64,000 bases of DNA from an uncultured Bacilli bacterium (GTDB lineage Bacteria > Bacillota_I > Bacilli_A > RF39 > UBA660), in NCBI GenBank assembly GCA_910588025.1, contig CAJUQG010000002.1, positions 18,478-82,477 on the forward strand. Reading direction: 5' to 3'. A program made the position numbers and the translations under genes. The stretch's first letter is position 1. Every line of letters begins with the position of its first letter. This document shows, in pieces, positions 20,427 to 29,388 of the stretch. Under the pieces are notes generated by a model. It was not told the DNA's origin. It was given only the letters and a program-made list of their open reading frames with translations, and ran no database searches.

Positions 20427-21142
20427 ACTCTTTCAACCTCCTTTTTATATTTTTTTGAAAGATATTCTACTTTTCCGCCATTGTCTAGCAAGAAATAGTT
20501 TTTAGGCCAATTCCATTCGTGAACTCTTTGACGATTGGCAATACAACTTCGATGAACTTGAATAAAGCGATCATCTAAAAGATTTACGATATCATTTAAG
20601 TTCATATTTAATTTAAAGACATTTGTATCTGTATGGACTAGTACTTTTCTTTCTTCTTTATCTCTTGTGATATGAGTAATCGCCCGATAGAAAATTTGTA
20701 AGTCAACATTACGATTTGATATACAGAGCATTTTATTATCAAAATTCTTTTGAAAAATCAGTTCTATATCTTTTTCTAATCGTTTTTCCATATCATAAAA
20801 TTTCTCTATAAAATTAAATACTTGGTAAACACTACGATAAACTGTTTCAAACATTTTGTCGTGAGAAGTTATGAATATAATTTCACTTTCCCAATCTTTT
20901 TCTCGAATCATTTTAGCAATCTCAATTCCACTAGTTTTGGTTTCTAATTCGATATCCATAATATACACTTTTCTAGTAGAATTGTCATCTATAATAGTTT
21001 TTAATTCACTTGTGTATTTTGTAAAATATTTGATATTAATGGTATTATCCTTGCTAATGATTACTCTTCTTAATACGTCTTTGATTGTTTCTTGGGTCTT
21101 TTTATCATCTTCAACCACAATAAAACTTGTCAAACTCATCAC
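20420..21142 (-). CDS. LytTR-family response regulator (AgrA-like)
   Basis: A receiver domain (VEDD...IMDIEL) plus a C-terminal LytTR DNA-binding domain (FIQVHRSCIANRQRV). It overlaps the kinase gene start. Confidence 0.85.
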   Translation of the reverse strand: MMSLTSFIVVEDDKKTQETIKDVLRRVIISKDNTINIKYFTKYTSELKTIIDDNSTRKVYIMDIELETKTSGIEIAKMIREKDWESEIIFITSHDKMFETVYRSVYQVFNFIEKFYDMEKRLEKDIELIFQKNFDNKMLCISNRNVDLQIFYRAITHITRDKEERKVLVHTDTNVFKLNMNLNDIVNLLDDRFIQVHRSCIANRQRVHEWNWPKNYFLLDNGGKVEYLSKKYKKEVERVC

Positions 21143-21210
21143 CTATCCTTTTGTTTACTAATTGCAATTATATCATATATTTTAAAATTGACCATACAAA
21201 AAAACACAAT

Positions 21211-21858
21211 TTATGGAAAATTGTGCCAATTTGCATTTTTTAGTAAATATTTGTCGTATTCTTCAAAATATAAAACTCTTTTCCCTGTTTTCCTTTCATA
21301 CTCACTGGCCATAAGTGGGATGTTATGATTGGATCCGATGAAGACAATTTTTTTAATTGATGGTTCATTTCTTAAAAAAAGATTTAGAAATTCTTCTAAT
21401 GAAATATTTATTTTTTTATGCCATAACAGAGATGTTTTCTCATTTTTTTGTAAATAAGTAAAGTAAGCATAATTTAAATTTAAATGAATCCATACAGAAT
21501 TTTTGGTTAATTGATAGAGATTTTTTTCTTTTATGAACTTTATTTCATCAACCGGTAAATCATCCAAAATTAACTTAATAATTTCTTTGTCCACTTCCTC
21601 AAAAGTGGGAGGTGTAATAAAATAAATAATATTGTGACGAAATCTTTTGATTAATTTGTATTTTTTTAAAAAAGTTTTTAACTGTTTTTGAAATTTAGGT
21701 CGATGAATAATTTTGCCAAATTTTAAAGTTTTTGGTAATAAATGATAAGTAATCAATCGGTTTTCTTTTTTCACAAAACAATGAATATTATCGTCTTCTA
21801 GATACATGATAAGTTTATTTTTCATAGAATCCCTCATTTGTTTTAGAAAGTGAATCAC
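21211..21858 (-). CDS. hypothetical protein (215 aa), first gene of the apparent operon with the LytTR regulator and the kinase
   Basis: ORF only; weak resemblance to actin-like/PilM N-terminal folds. Not assignable. Confidence 0.45.
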   Translation of the reverse strand: MIHFLKQMRDSMKNKLIMYLEDDNIHCFVKKENRLITYHLLPKTLKFGKIIHRPKFQKQLKTFLKKYKLIKRFRHNIIYFITPPTFEEVDKEIIKLILDDLPVDEIKFIKEKNLYQLTKNSVWIHLNLNYAYFTYLQKNEKTSLLWHKKINISLEEFLNLFLRNEPSIKKIVFIGSNHNIPLMASEYERKTGKRVLYFEEYDKYLLKNANWHNFP

Positions 21859-21890
21859 CTCTTATTGATTGTGGATAAGAGGTGTGTTTT

Positions 21891-22541
21891 TTATTTGTTT
21901 AAGTCTTCTAATTTCATTTCAAAGAAATCAATTGGATTTACTAAATTACCATTTAAGTATACTTCAAATAATAAGCAGTTTTGTTTTTCATTTTCTAGTT
22001 TGTTTGATCCACTGGTGCCAATGATGTCACCTGTTTTAACATTCATACCAGCAGTTACTTTGACATCACTTAAACTGTAGTAAACTACGGTGACATTTGA
22101 ATTATGTTCTACAGTTACAACAGATCCTAGTATTTCATCTTCTTTGACATCTTTTACAGTTCCTTCTATACTTGCTAAGACTTCAAAGGCTTCATCACTG
22201 CTATACAAAACACCAGTATTTTGCATGTAAGTGTTTTCATAATAGATTAAGGAGTTTTGTTGTTTTTCTTTATCATCTTCAAAATGATAGAAGTTTTTAC
22301 TAATTGTTACTCCATCTTTTGTAAATGGAATAATGGGCTTTTCAGGAACAGGACTTACAACATAAATATCACTGTTTTCTTTGTTATCCACATTAACTGT
22401 TACAGAGTTATCGTTTTGATTTAATTCTGGGGCCGTAAAATTTAAACTATTGTTTAAAAAATATACGGTAGCAAACAAACAAAACACTACTAATCCATAA
22501 ATACTTGGTAATACAAATCCTCTTAATTTTCTTTTTTTCAT
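21891..22541 (-). CDS. M23/LytM-family peptidase with N-terminal TM (SpoIIQ-like position next to spoIID)
   Basis: C-terminal LytM domain ...VKTGDIIGTSGSNKLENEKQNCLLFEVYLNGNLVNPIDFF, with a TM anchor at the N-terminus. Confidence 0.7.
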   Translation of the reverse strand: MKKRKLRGFVLPSIYGLVVFCLFATVYFLNNSLNFTAPELNQNDNSVTVNVDNKENSDIYVVSPVPEKPIIPFTKDGVTISKNFYHFEDDKEKQQNSLIYYENTYMQNTGVLYSSDEAFEVLASIEGTVKDVKEDEILGSVVTVEHNSNVTVVYYSLSDVKVTAGMNVKTGDIIGTSGSNKLENEKQNCLLFEVYLNGNLVNPIDFFEMKLEDLNK

Positions 22542-22591
22542 GGTCTCACCTTCCTACTCCTAGTTTGACCATGTCTACCAATTTTATACAG

Positions 22592-23539
22592 TTATATTTT
22601 TGAAAATTCGATATTTTGATAATAATGGGTTAAAATTTCTTGATAATTTTTGCCTTCTTTGGCCATACCGTTGGCTCCATATTGGCTCATACCCACGCCA
22701 TGTCCACTTCCACGAGTAGTAATTTTAATCTTATCTTCTATTTGAATAACAAAATCAGTAGAGCGTAAAGATAGTTTTTTACGTACTTCTGTACCTTTCA
22801 TTAAATTCCCATTTATTTTTATGGTATTAATGCGCCCTGAACTTGTGCGATTTACATCACTAATATTTATTTCTTCACATGATATATTTAATAAATTACA
22901 AAAATCTTGGGTGCTAAATTCTTTGGTGACTTCATAGTTTTGTAATGTTTCATTGTCCCAATTGGAATCAACACTAGTAAGATAAGGAAGAGCTTCTTGA
23001 AAGACCAATTCACAATTTTCCGTTTGACCATTGCTCATAGAAAAATAAAAGGATTCAATAGTTTGACCTTGGTAGGTCATGATATCGCCTTGGGTTGCTT
23101 GGACAGCATTTTTTATTTTTTCATAATTAGTTTGATAATCAGCTCCCCATTTATTTTGCATTTGTTCAATCGTGTTGTATGCTTGATCGGCGACACCGAT
23201 AATAATATCATAAGCTTCTTGACGATGTTCCATTTTGTAAGTTGCAAATGTTCTTGCGGCAATGGCTTGTGCTTTTAGAGCTTCTAATTCAAAGGAAGCG
23301 GGCATTTCTGCTGCTACAACGCCGAGAATATAATCTTCTAAATTCATATTTTCGATGGTAGTTGTTGTGGGATTATAAACACGAATTATTTTATCTTGTT
23401 TCTCTTGTTGTTTTTCACTTGGTTCATCCACTTGTGGGGGATTATCAAAAGAAAAGTTAGTTTTGGAATGAAAACTAACTTCTAATATTAACACGAAACT
23501 TAATAATACAATAATGCAACAAAGAATTTTATTTTTCAT
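22592..23539 (-). CDS. spoIID: stage II sporulation protein D (SpoIID/LytB lytic transglycosylase)
   Basis: The SpoIID signature ...GSGHGVGMSQYGANGMAKEGKNYQEILTHYY at the C-terminus, and a signal/TM at the N-terminus. Confidence 0.85.
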   Translation of the reverse strand: MKNKILCCIIVLLSFVLILEVSFHSKTNFSFDNPPQVDEPSEKQQEKQDKIIRVYNPTTTTIENMNLEDYILGVVAAEMPASFELEALKAQAIAARTFATYKMEHRQEAYDIIIGVADQAYNTIEQMQNKWGADYQTNYEKIKNAVQATQGDIMTYQGQTIESFYFSMSNGQTENCELVFQEALPYLTSVDSNWDNETLQNYEVTKEFSTQDFCNLLNISCEEINISDVNRTSSGRINTIKINGNLMKGTEVRKKLSLRSTDFVIQIEDKIKITTRGSGHGVGMSQYGANGMAKEGKNYQEILTHYYQNIEFSKI

Positions 23540-23548
23540 AATTTCTCC

Positions 23549-23746
23549 TTAAAGAATTCGACAAGAATTTAAGAAATCAAAGGTAAAATTCGTTAAAAGA
23601 TAACCCATTATGATACTAAGTATCATTACAAGTATTCTTGATTCCCAAATTTTATTTGTCTTCATCCATGAATCAAAATTAACTCCTGTTAAAGCATATG
23701 CACTAAGCATGACAAAAAAGACATATAAATATACTTTAATACTCAT
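23549..23746 (-). CDS. small membrane protein (65 aa, 2 TM), hypothetical
   Basis: ORF only; it overlaps the rpiB start region and may be spurious. Confidence 0.3.
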   Translation of the reverse strand: MSIKVYLYVFFVMLSAYALTGVNFDSWMKTNKIWESRILVMILSIIMGYLLTNFTFDFLNSCRIL

Positions 23747-24188
23747 TAGATTCGTTGCTTTCGTAGAAACTTACTTTATTAATTCTTTTTAAATGCCGTT
23801 CTTCGGTGGCTTTTTTTGTAGAAATAAACATATCGACAATTTCTTTCGCCGTTTCATCAGAGATACCACCAAACGCAATTACATTTGCACCATTATGATT
23901 TTTAGCTTTAAACGCATCGTCACTGTTTGTTACTCTAGCACAGCGAATTCCTTTTACTTTATTAGCAGCGATACTTATTCCAATTCCATTTCCGCAGATA
24001 AGGATACCGAGATTTTTTTCATTTTCTACGACTTTTTGGCAAATATCGAAAGCAAAATCGGGATAATCATCTAAATCATGGTTAGGAAGTTTAGAAATTT
24101 CAACTTCTAACCCTTCTTCTTTTAAATAACTCTCTAAAACATTTCTTAGTGCAACGCCTTGATGGTCAGCACCCATATATATTTTCAT
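23736..24188 (-). CDS. rpiB: ribose-5-phosphate isomerase B
   Basis: 150 aa, MKIYMGADHQG...ILICGNGIGISIAANK, which is the RpiB/LacAB fold signature. Confidence 0.85.
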   Translation of the reverse strand: MKIYMGADHQGVALRNVLESYLKEEGLEVEISKLPNHDLDDYPDFAFDICQKVVENEKNLGILICGNGIGISIAANKVKGIRCARVTNSDDAFKAKNHNGANVIAFGGISDETAKEIVDMFISTKKATEERHLKRINKVSFYESNESNEY

Positions 24189-25207
24189 TCTTCAAATTTC
24201 CTTTCTTCTGCTTCTTTAAATACTGGTAATAGGCCAGTATTATTTTTTCGATGAGGTGGTAAACCATATATATCATGGCCTGGGAATTCATTAGCTTCGA
24301 TAAAAAAACATTTTTCTTTTCCAACACAGACATCCCAACCGACATAACCTACTTGAGGTATTTCTAATGCGGCATTTTCACATAGTTCAATCACTTCATC
24401 AAATTTTGGTATTTCAAGACCAACGATAGGCTTTTTGGTTAAAGGATGTACTTCATATAAGTTACCAGCTTTATCAATCGCTGGATAAATAATTTTACCA
24501 TTTTCTAGTTCAACAGGAGCAACCATCCCACCATGATTAAAATTATCGACCGTATTATGATTATTTCCAATTCTTAAATAACAGGCAACGACACTTCCTA
24601 GTAGAGTAACTACACGTAAGGTATTAATGCTATCTGGATGAAGATCGTTTATTTTTTTACATTGAGTTGCGACACTTTCTATCAATGTTTGATTATTTTC
24701 AATTAATTCTTCATATAACTCTTTTAATTTACGTTCTGACACATCAATCTTTTCGATGTCTTTTCCACACTGTGCTCCGACTGGTTTTACAATGATTTGA
24801 TTATGTTTTAAGCAAAAACTCGCAAATTCATTTTTATTTTTCCCATTTAAATATAACCAATCACGATTTAAATATTTGTCGAATTGTTTGTTAAATTCTA
24901 CTTTATTATGAAATAGGTGAATGAATTTAGGGTCATTGTATTTTACCATAAAACTATTATTAATACCTCTAGTTATCACTGTATTTCGCTCATATTTATT
25001 CATATGATACATTTCAAATAAAGCGTAATCCATATAGCCAGCTTGGTATTTAAAACCGCAATAAATCATATCAAAAAAAATACTTACGCGATTTTTATTT
25101 GATTTTTTATGAACTTCATTCATTACATGAAAGAAATTGCCAAAGTCCATGTGAATAATTCGTTTGATAATATATTTTATTTTTTTCATATAACTCTCCA
25201 ACTTCAT
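24185..25207 (-). CDS. ATP-grasp domain protein (sugar-transfer-associated ATP-grasp-like)
   Basis: 340 aa with ATP-grasp-like features (IVKPVGAQCGKDIEKI..., ...FIEANEFPG). It overlaps rpiB by 4 nt. Confidence 0.5.
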   Translation of the reverse strand: MKLESYMKKIKYIIKRIIHMDFGNFFHVMNEVHKKSNKNRVSIFFDMIYCGFKYQAGYMDYALFEMYHMNKYERNTVITRGINNSFMVKYNDPKFIHLFHNKVEFNKQFDKYLNRDWLYLNGKNKNEFASFCLKHNQIIVKPVGAQCGKDIEKIDVSERKLKELYEELIENNQTLIESVATQCKKINDLHPDSINTLRVVTLLGSVVACYLRIGNNHNTVDNFNHGGMVAPVELENGKIIYPAIDKAGNLYEVHPLTKKPIVGLEIPKFDEVIELCENAALEIPQVGYVGWDVCVGKEKCFFIEANEFPGHDIYGLPPHRKNNTGLLPVFKEAEERKFEE

Positions 25208-25263
25208 TATATCATGAAGTTATTAATCCGAAAATAGTATCCAAAATCTCAAAGAAAAAAAGC

Positions 25264-25476
25264 TTATGCAGCCTTTTGATTTAAATTATACTTACGATTA
25301 AACTTTTCAATATTACCAGTTCTTTTGGTATTTCCTTGTTTTCCTGTATAGAATGGATGACATTCGCTACAAACTTCAACATCAATTTTGTCTTTTGTAG
25401 ACATTGTTTTAAATGAAGCACCACAAGCACACTTTACTTCTACTTCTTTCATTTCTGGATGAATGTTTGCTCTCAT
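25264..25476 (-). CDS. rpmE: 50S ribosomal protein L31
   Basis: MRANIHPEMKEVEVKCACGASFKTMSTKDKIDVEVCSECHPFYTGKQ. An AAGGAG RBS lies 7 nt upstream. The ORF track's longer N-terminal extension lacks an RBS. Confidence 0.9.
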   Translation of the reverse strand: MRANIHPEMKEVEVKCACGASFKTMSTKDKIDVEVCSECHPFYTGKQGNTKRTGNIEKFNRKYNLNQKAA

Positions 25477-25632
25477 AATCAATCTCCTTTCGCCATGCCA
25501 AGTTATAGGCATAGTAATTTCATTTCTAATGTATTATATCATATTTTTCTTTGGTTGCAAGTGAAACATCTATAATAATTATATGTAATGTTTTAATAAT
25601 TACGCTTTTCTTTCATTTTATTTGTTACATAA

Positions 25633-26142
25633 TTATTTCATATGAAGTATATGTTTTATTTTTCCAGCAAAGAATACGAGTCCATCACTTTTTTTCATAG
25701 CAATTTGCTTTCCAATGGCTTTACCACCAACAGTTAAGGCTGAAATAAATGAAGTAACTAGTACCGTAACCCATATTCCATTTGCATTTAATTTTAAAGT
25801 AAGATAAGCTGTTAAAACGGCACCCAGAGATCCACTTACAATTCCACAAATATCACCGATTACATCGTTACAAACACTTGATACGACATTTCCATTTCTA
25901 AGTAAGGATATTGCTTCTTTTGCTCCAGCAATTTTTTTGGAGGACATGGCATGAAAACTTGATTCTTTACTTGTTAGCGCTGCTACACCAATCATATCAA
26001 ATAAGATACCTATAAAAATAACAAGGGTCATAATAAATAATAATATTACAACATTCATATCACTACAAAAACTAGTTAAAGCACTAAAAATAGCTGCTAA
26101 GAAAAAAGATAAACAAAATACTTTGAATGGCCAATATTTCAT
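25633..26142 (-). CDS. small integral membrane protein (169 aa, 4 TM, DVIGD = DxxxD motif), OapA-like candidate
   Basis: Four hydrophobic spans. The motif CNDVIGDICGIVSG lies in the third span. A GAGGTG RBS sits 6 nt before the ATG at 26140-26142. A ~525-nt transcribed ORF-free leader lies immediately upstream. Confidence 0.6.
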   Translation of the reverse strand: MKYWPFKVFCLSFFLAAIFSALTSFCSDMNVVILLFIMTLVIFIGILFDMIGVAALTSKESSFHAMSSKKIAGAKEAISLLRNGNVVSSVCNDVIGDICGIVSGSLGAVLTAYLTLKLNANGIWVTVLVTSFISALTVGGKAIGKQIAMKKSDGLVFFAGKIKHILHMK

Positions 26143-26159
26143 TTCATACACCTCTTTTT

Positions 26160-26702
26160 ATTTTATCAAGAAAAAAGATTCTTTTTAAGAACCTTTTAAG
26201 CTACAATGGTTTTTGTTGTGGTAAATTATAAATTAATTTTACGGCTTAGGTCGAGTTGAATTTCTCTACTTTCTACCTTTGGTTACCCGAGGGCGATTTC
26301 TCTTTCAAGAAAGCAACTAAGTGTTACCAGCTTAATTACTCGATTACCACTGAGTCCGCACTTTAATCCTTATAATTATAACATTCTAGAGGTTTTCCCT
26401 GACACCCACTATCCAATACTTATTCGCTTTTGCAAATACGATTTTGATAATCATCTATTTGATCGGGAATAGACTTTATTCATTATCTCCCACGTATTCA
26501 CTCACGACATGCACTTTTTTTATTTCTTGCGGGATTTTAGGAGATTCATTATATGCCATTATAACTTTCCTAAAATCTTAAATTATATAACCACCCCAAC
26601 TTGGGCAGAAGAAGCGAATTATATAAAGTGCTTTTCATGCAATTGGTAGATTTTTAGCCCTACCTTCATATTGTGTGTGTGACTAGAATAATGCACCACA
26701 TG
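26160..26702 (-). ncRNA. large structured noncoding RNA candidate (~525 nt, about 40% GC versus about 27% in the flanks), possibly an OLE-type RNA
   Basis: No ORF longer than 26 codons on either strand. GC is locally elevated (for example GGTTACCCGAGGGCGATTTC, CCACTGAGTCCGCAC). A consensus sigma-A promoter lies at its 5' end and a terminator at its 3' end. It sits immediately upstream of a 4-TM DxxxD protein. Confidence 0.45.
26168..26197 (-). terminator. intrinsic terminator/attenuator at the 3' end of the large noncoding transcript, just upstream of the membrane-protein RBS
   Basis: Minus strand GGTTCTT-AAA-AAGAATC followed by TTTTTT: a 7-bp stem with one G·U pair. Confidence 0.55.
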
Positions 26703-26709
26703 ACAATGA

Positions 26710-26738
26710 ATTATACACTATTTTTACTTTTTTGTCAA
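26710..26738 (-). promoter_or_regulatory. consensus sigma-A promoter TTGACA-N17-TATAAT driving the large ncRNA/leader
   Basis: Minus strand: TTGACA aaaaagtaaaaatagtg TATAAT. The -35 hexamer is plus-strand 26733-26738 and the -10 hexamer is 26710-26715. Confidence 0.7.
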
Positions 26739-26767
26739 ATTGAGCTTTGAAAGACCTCAATTTACTG

Positions 26768-27451
26768 CTAATTATTTATTGTTCTTAAAATTCGATTCGA
26801 TATTTCTTTATGACCTTTATAGTTTAAATAATAACTATTATTTAATAAAAAGAATTGGGGATTTTCAACTAAATCTTGGATATCAATATAAATGGCTTTA
26901 TATTTCATGGCAATATTTTTTAAATGATCATTGATGCTATTTAATTCATTGTCTGTTATATTATATGCTTTGTATAATCCTAAAATGTAGATTTTTTTGT
27001 CATTAAAATTACGGATTAATTTTATTAAATGTTCCATATCTTTTTTATAATCTTCAATTTCTTTCGTTGGTATATTTGTTTTCAAAGATGTATTCGCTAG
27101 TTCATCTAAACCTAGACCTATTGTAATAATTTTAGCTTTAGCAAAGGCTTGTTGAATGGGAATATTCATTTCTTCTAATTGGTAATTATTTTCTACACAA
27201 GTTATTAAATTTTCAACGGTTTGATTCGTTTTGGCAAAACCAGAAATGTATTTTTCTAAAATGTGTTCGGATTCTAAATAGTCTCTTATGTAATCATTAT
27301 AACTATATCCTTCTACGTTATAAGCCGTCATACCAGTTGCTAAACCATCTCCTAAAGCTAAGAGATATATGTTATGGTTTTCGTTTTTGCGATAGATAAA
27401 GAAAGTTATAAAAATTCCCATTATTATGATTAGAATTATCTTTTTTTTCAT
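26768..27451 (-). CDS. SGNH/GDSL-family hydrolase, membrane-anchored
   Basis: N-terminal TM, then block I LALGDGLATG and a C-terminal YLNYKGHKEIS (D/KxxH) block. Confidence 0.6.
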   Translation of the reverse strand: MKKKIILIIIMGIFITFFIYRKNENHNIYLLALGDGLATGMTAYNVEGYSYNDYIRDYLESEHILEKYISGFAKTNQTVENLITCVENNYQLEEMNIPIQQAFAKAKIITIGLGLDELANTSLKTNIPTKEIEDYKKDMEHLIKLIRNFNDKKIYILGLYKAYNITDNELNSINDHLKNIAMKYKAIYIDIQDLVENPQFFLLNNSYYLNYKGHKEISNRILRTINN

Positions 27452-27486
27452 AATGCCCCCAAAAGAAAAGTAGAGTCTTTTCTCTA

Positions 27487-28743
27487 CTAATTTATGTCAA
27501 TTAATTCTAATTTAGCACCGACATTGGTTAGTTTTTCGACAATTCGTTCATATCCTCTTAAAATATGTTCGGCATCTTGAATCGTTGTAGATCCTTCTGA
27601 TATTAATCCAGCAATTACTAAGGATGCTCCTGCTCTTAAATCAGAAGCTACTACATCTTGTCCTTTTAAGGGTGTAGGTCCTTGGATTTCAATGGTTTGA
27701 TTTTTCACTTTCATATTTGCTCCCATTTTATTTAAGTATGGGACATGTCCCATGCGGTTTTCGTATATGGTTTCTTCAAAAATAGAAGTTCCATGGCACT
27801 GTGTTAATAAAACACTCATTGGTTGACCCCAATCAGTGACAAATCCTGGGTAAACTAAGGTTTTAACATTAATTGCTTTTAAATCTTGATGACCATGAAT
27901 GGTTATTTCATTTTCTAAGATATCCATTTCTACACCAGCACTCGTTAATTTAGTTAAAAGAGCATCAAGATGTTTTCTCACTATATTTGTTATTTTTAAT
28001 TCTTTTCCTATTAAGGATCCTAAAATTAGATATGTACCAGCTTCAATTCGGTCAGGTAAGACTTGAATGGTGGCTTTATGTAAATACTCTACTCCGGTAA
28101 TGGTAATTGTATTTGTCCCAGCTCCAGTAATTTTAGCACCCATGTTGTTTAGGAAATCTGCAACATTTATAATCTCTGGTTCTTTGGCAGCATTTTCAAT
28201 AATTGTTTGACCTTTAGCTTTTACAGCAGCAAGCATTAGATTAATGGTTGCGCCGACACTAGCAAAATCTAAACGAATGGTTGTTCCTTTTAATTCTTCC
28301 GCATGAATAATATATTTGTCATCTTTTTCTTCTACAGTTGCTCCTAGTAGTTGAAAGCCTTTTAAGTGAAAATCAATTTTACGATTACCTATATTACATC
28401 CACCAGGAAAGTAGATTTCTACATGTTTTTTTCTTCCAAGTAAGGCTCCCATAAAATAATAGCTTGCTCTTAATTTACTCGCTAATTCTTCTTTGATGGT
28501 TTGATTTAAAATATTAGATGTATTTATTGTTAAAACAGAATCTTGGTCGTTTACTTGACCATTTAATAATTTAATGATATCAATTAAAGCATGTTTATCA
28601 GAAATGTTTGGGACATTAGAAATCGTTACTTCCTCATCACATAAAATAGAGGCTGGTATTAGAGCCACTGCTGCATTTTTCATGCCAGAAATCGCAATGG
28701 ATCCAGAAAGCGTATACCCTCCTTGAATTTTAATTTGTTTCAT
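27487..28743 (-). CDS. murA: UDP-N-acetylglucosamine 1-carboxyvinyltransferase
   Basis: 418 aa, MKQIKIQGGYTLSGSIAISGMKNAAVALIPASIL..., full-length EPT fold. Confidence 0.9.
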   Translation of the reverse strand: MKQIKIQGGYTLSGSIAISGMKNAAVALIPASILCDEEVTISNVPNISDKHALIDIIKLLNGQVNDQDSVLTINTSNILNQTIKEELASKLRASYYFMGALLGRKKHVEIYFPGGCNIGNRKIDFHLKGFQLLGATVEEKDDKYIIHAEELKGTTIRLDFASVGATINLMLAAVKAKGQTIIENAAKEPEIINVADFLNNMGAKITGAGTNTITITGVEYLHKATIQVLPDRIEAGTYLILGSLIGKELKITNIVRKHLDALLTKLTSAGVEMDILENEITIHGHQDLKAINVKTLVYPGFVTDWGQPMSVLLTQCHGTSIFEETIYENRMGHVPYLNKMGANMKVKNQTIEIQGPTPLKGQDVVASDLRAGASLVIAGLISEGSTTIQDAEHILRGYERIVEKLTNVGAKLELIDIN

Positions 28744-28809
28744 TTAAACTCACCTCGTTTATTCCTTTTTAATATATAGGAATTGATTCATTTTGTAAAG
28801 CTTTTTACT

Positions 28810-29346
28810 TCATTTTAATAAATGGGAAAGACCAATTAGTATTAAAAGTAGTGCACCAAAGAAACTGGCATATACTCCTAGTATTTTGTTGGCATATTTT
28901 CCAATGAATAATCCTAATAAAGTAAAAAAGAAACTTGTTATGGAAAAGATTAGCATAGCTAAAAATAAATTATTGGTGATAGCTGTTAAACCAAGGCCTG
29001 TTGAGAAAGCATCAATGGAAACACCTATTGCAAAGAACAACATACCAGTTAAACTAAAATCAATAGTTTCTTCTTCTTTTACAAATATTTCATAAAGCAT
29101 TTGTCCAGCGATAAGAATTAAGATAATTCCTAGTAAGAAGTTACTGTTTATTTTGAAGAAATTTTGTAGGTTCTTGCCAATTAGAATTCCAAGACATGGC
29201 ATGATAAAGTGCATTACACCTACTATGCTAGATAAAGCAAGACTTTTTTTATTGGATAAGTTACACGTTCCTAAGCCTAAAGAAAGAGAGAAGGTATCCA
29301 TACTTAATGCAACTGCGATAGTAAAAATAGTCACTAGTTCAATCAT
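28810..29346 (-). CDS. mntP: putative manganese efflux pump MntP (2x DUF204)
   Basis: 178 aa, two repeats each carrying ...ALSMDTFSLSLG... / ...GVSIDAFSTGLG... Confidence 0.7.
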   Translation of the reverse strand: MIELVTIFTIAVALSMDTFSLSLGLGTCNLSNKKSLALSSIVGVMHFIMPCLGILIGKNLQNFFKINSNFLLGIILILIAGQMLYEIFVKEEETIDFSLTGMLFFAIGVSIDAFSTGLGLTAITNNLFLAMLIFSITSFFFTLLGLFIGKYANKILGVYASFFGALLLILIGLSHLLK

Positions 29347-29388
29347 AAAAAAAGTCCTCCTACCAAATTATATGGTAAGAGGTCTAAT

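Noticed and set aside
26430-26560. Small ORFs inside the leader (for example 26-aa MAYNESPKIPQEIKKVHVVSEYVGDNE with an AGGAAAG RBS)
   Set aside because: Possible leader peptide but very short and unsupported. Kept only as a note under the ncRNA finding.
26160-26702. tmRNA, RNase P RNA, T-box, cobalamin, TPP or M-box riboswitch as the identity of the GC-rich noncoding region
   Set aside because: No GGUUCGA T-arm with CCA end and no smpB nearby. No AGGAAAGUCC / ACAGAAnnCGGCUUA P4 strands in the right order. No GGGUGGUACC T-box sequence. No B12-box, CUGAGA or M-box core. There are only scattered partial similarities, such as CCGAGGGCGAUUUCUC resembling tmRNA CCGAGAGGCGAUCUCG.
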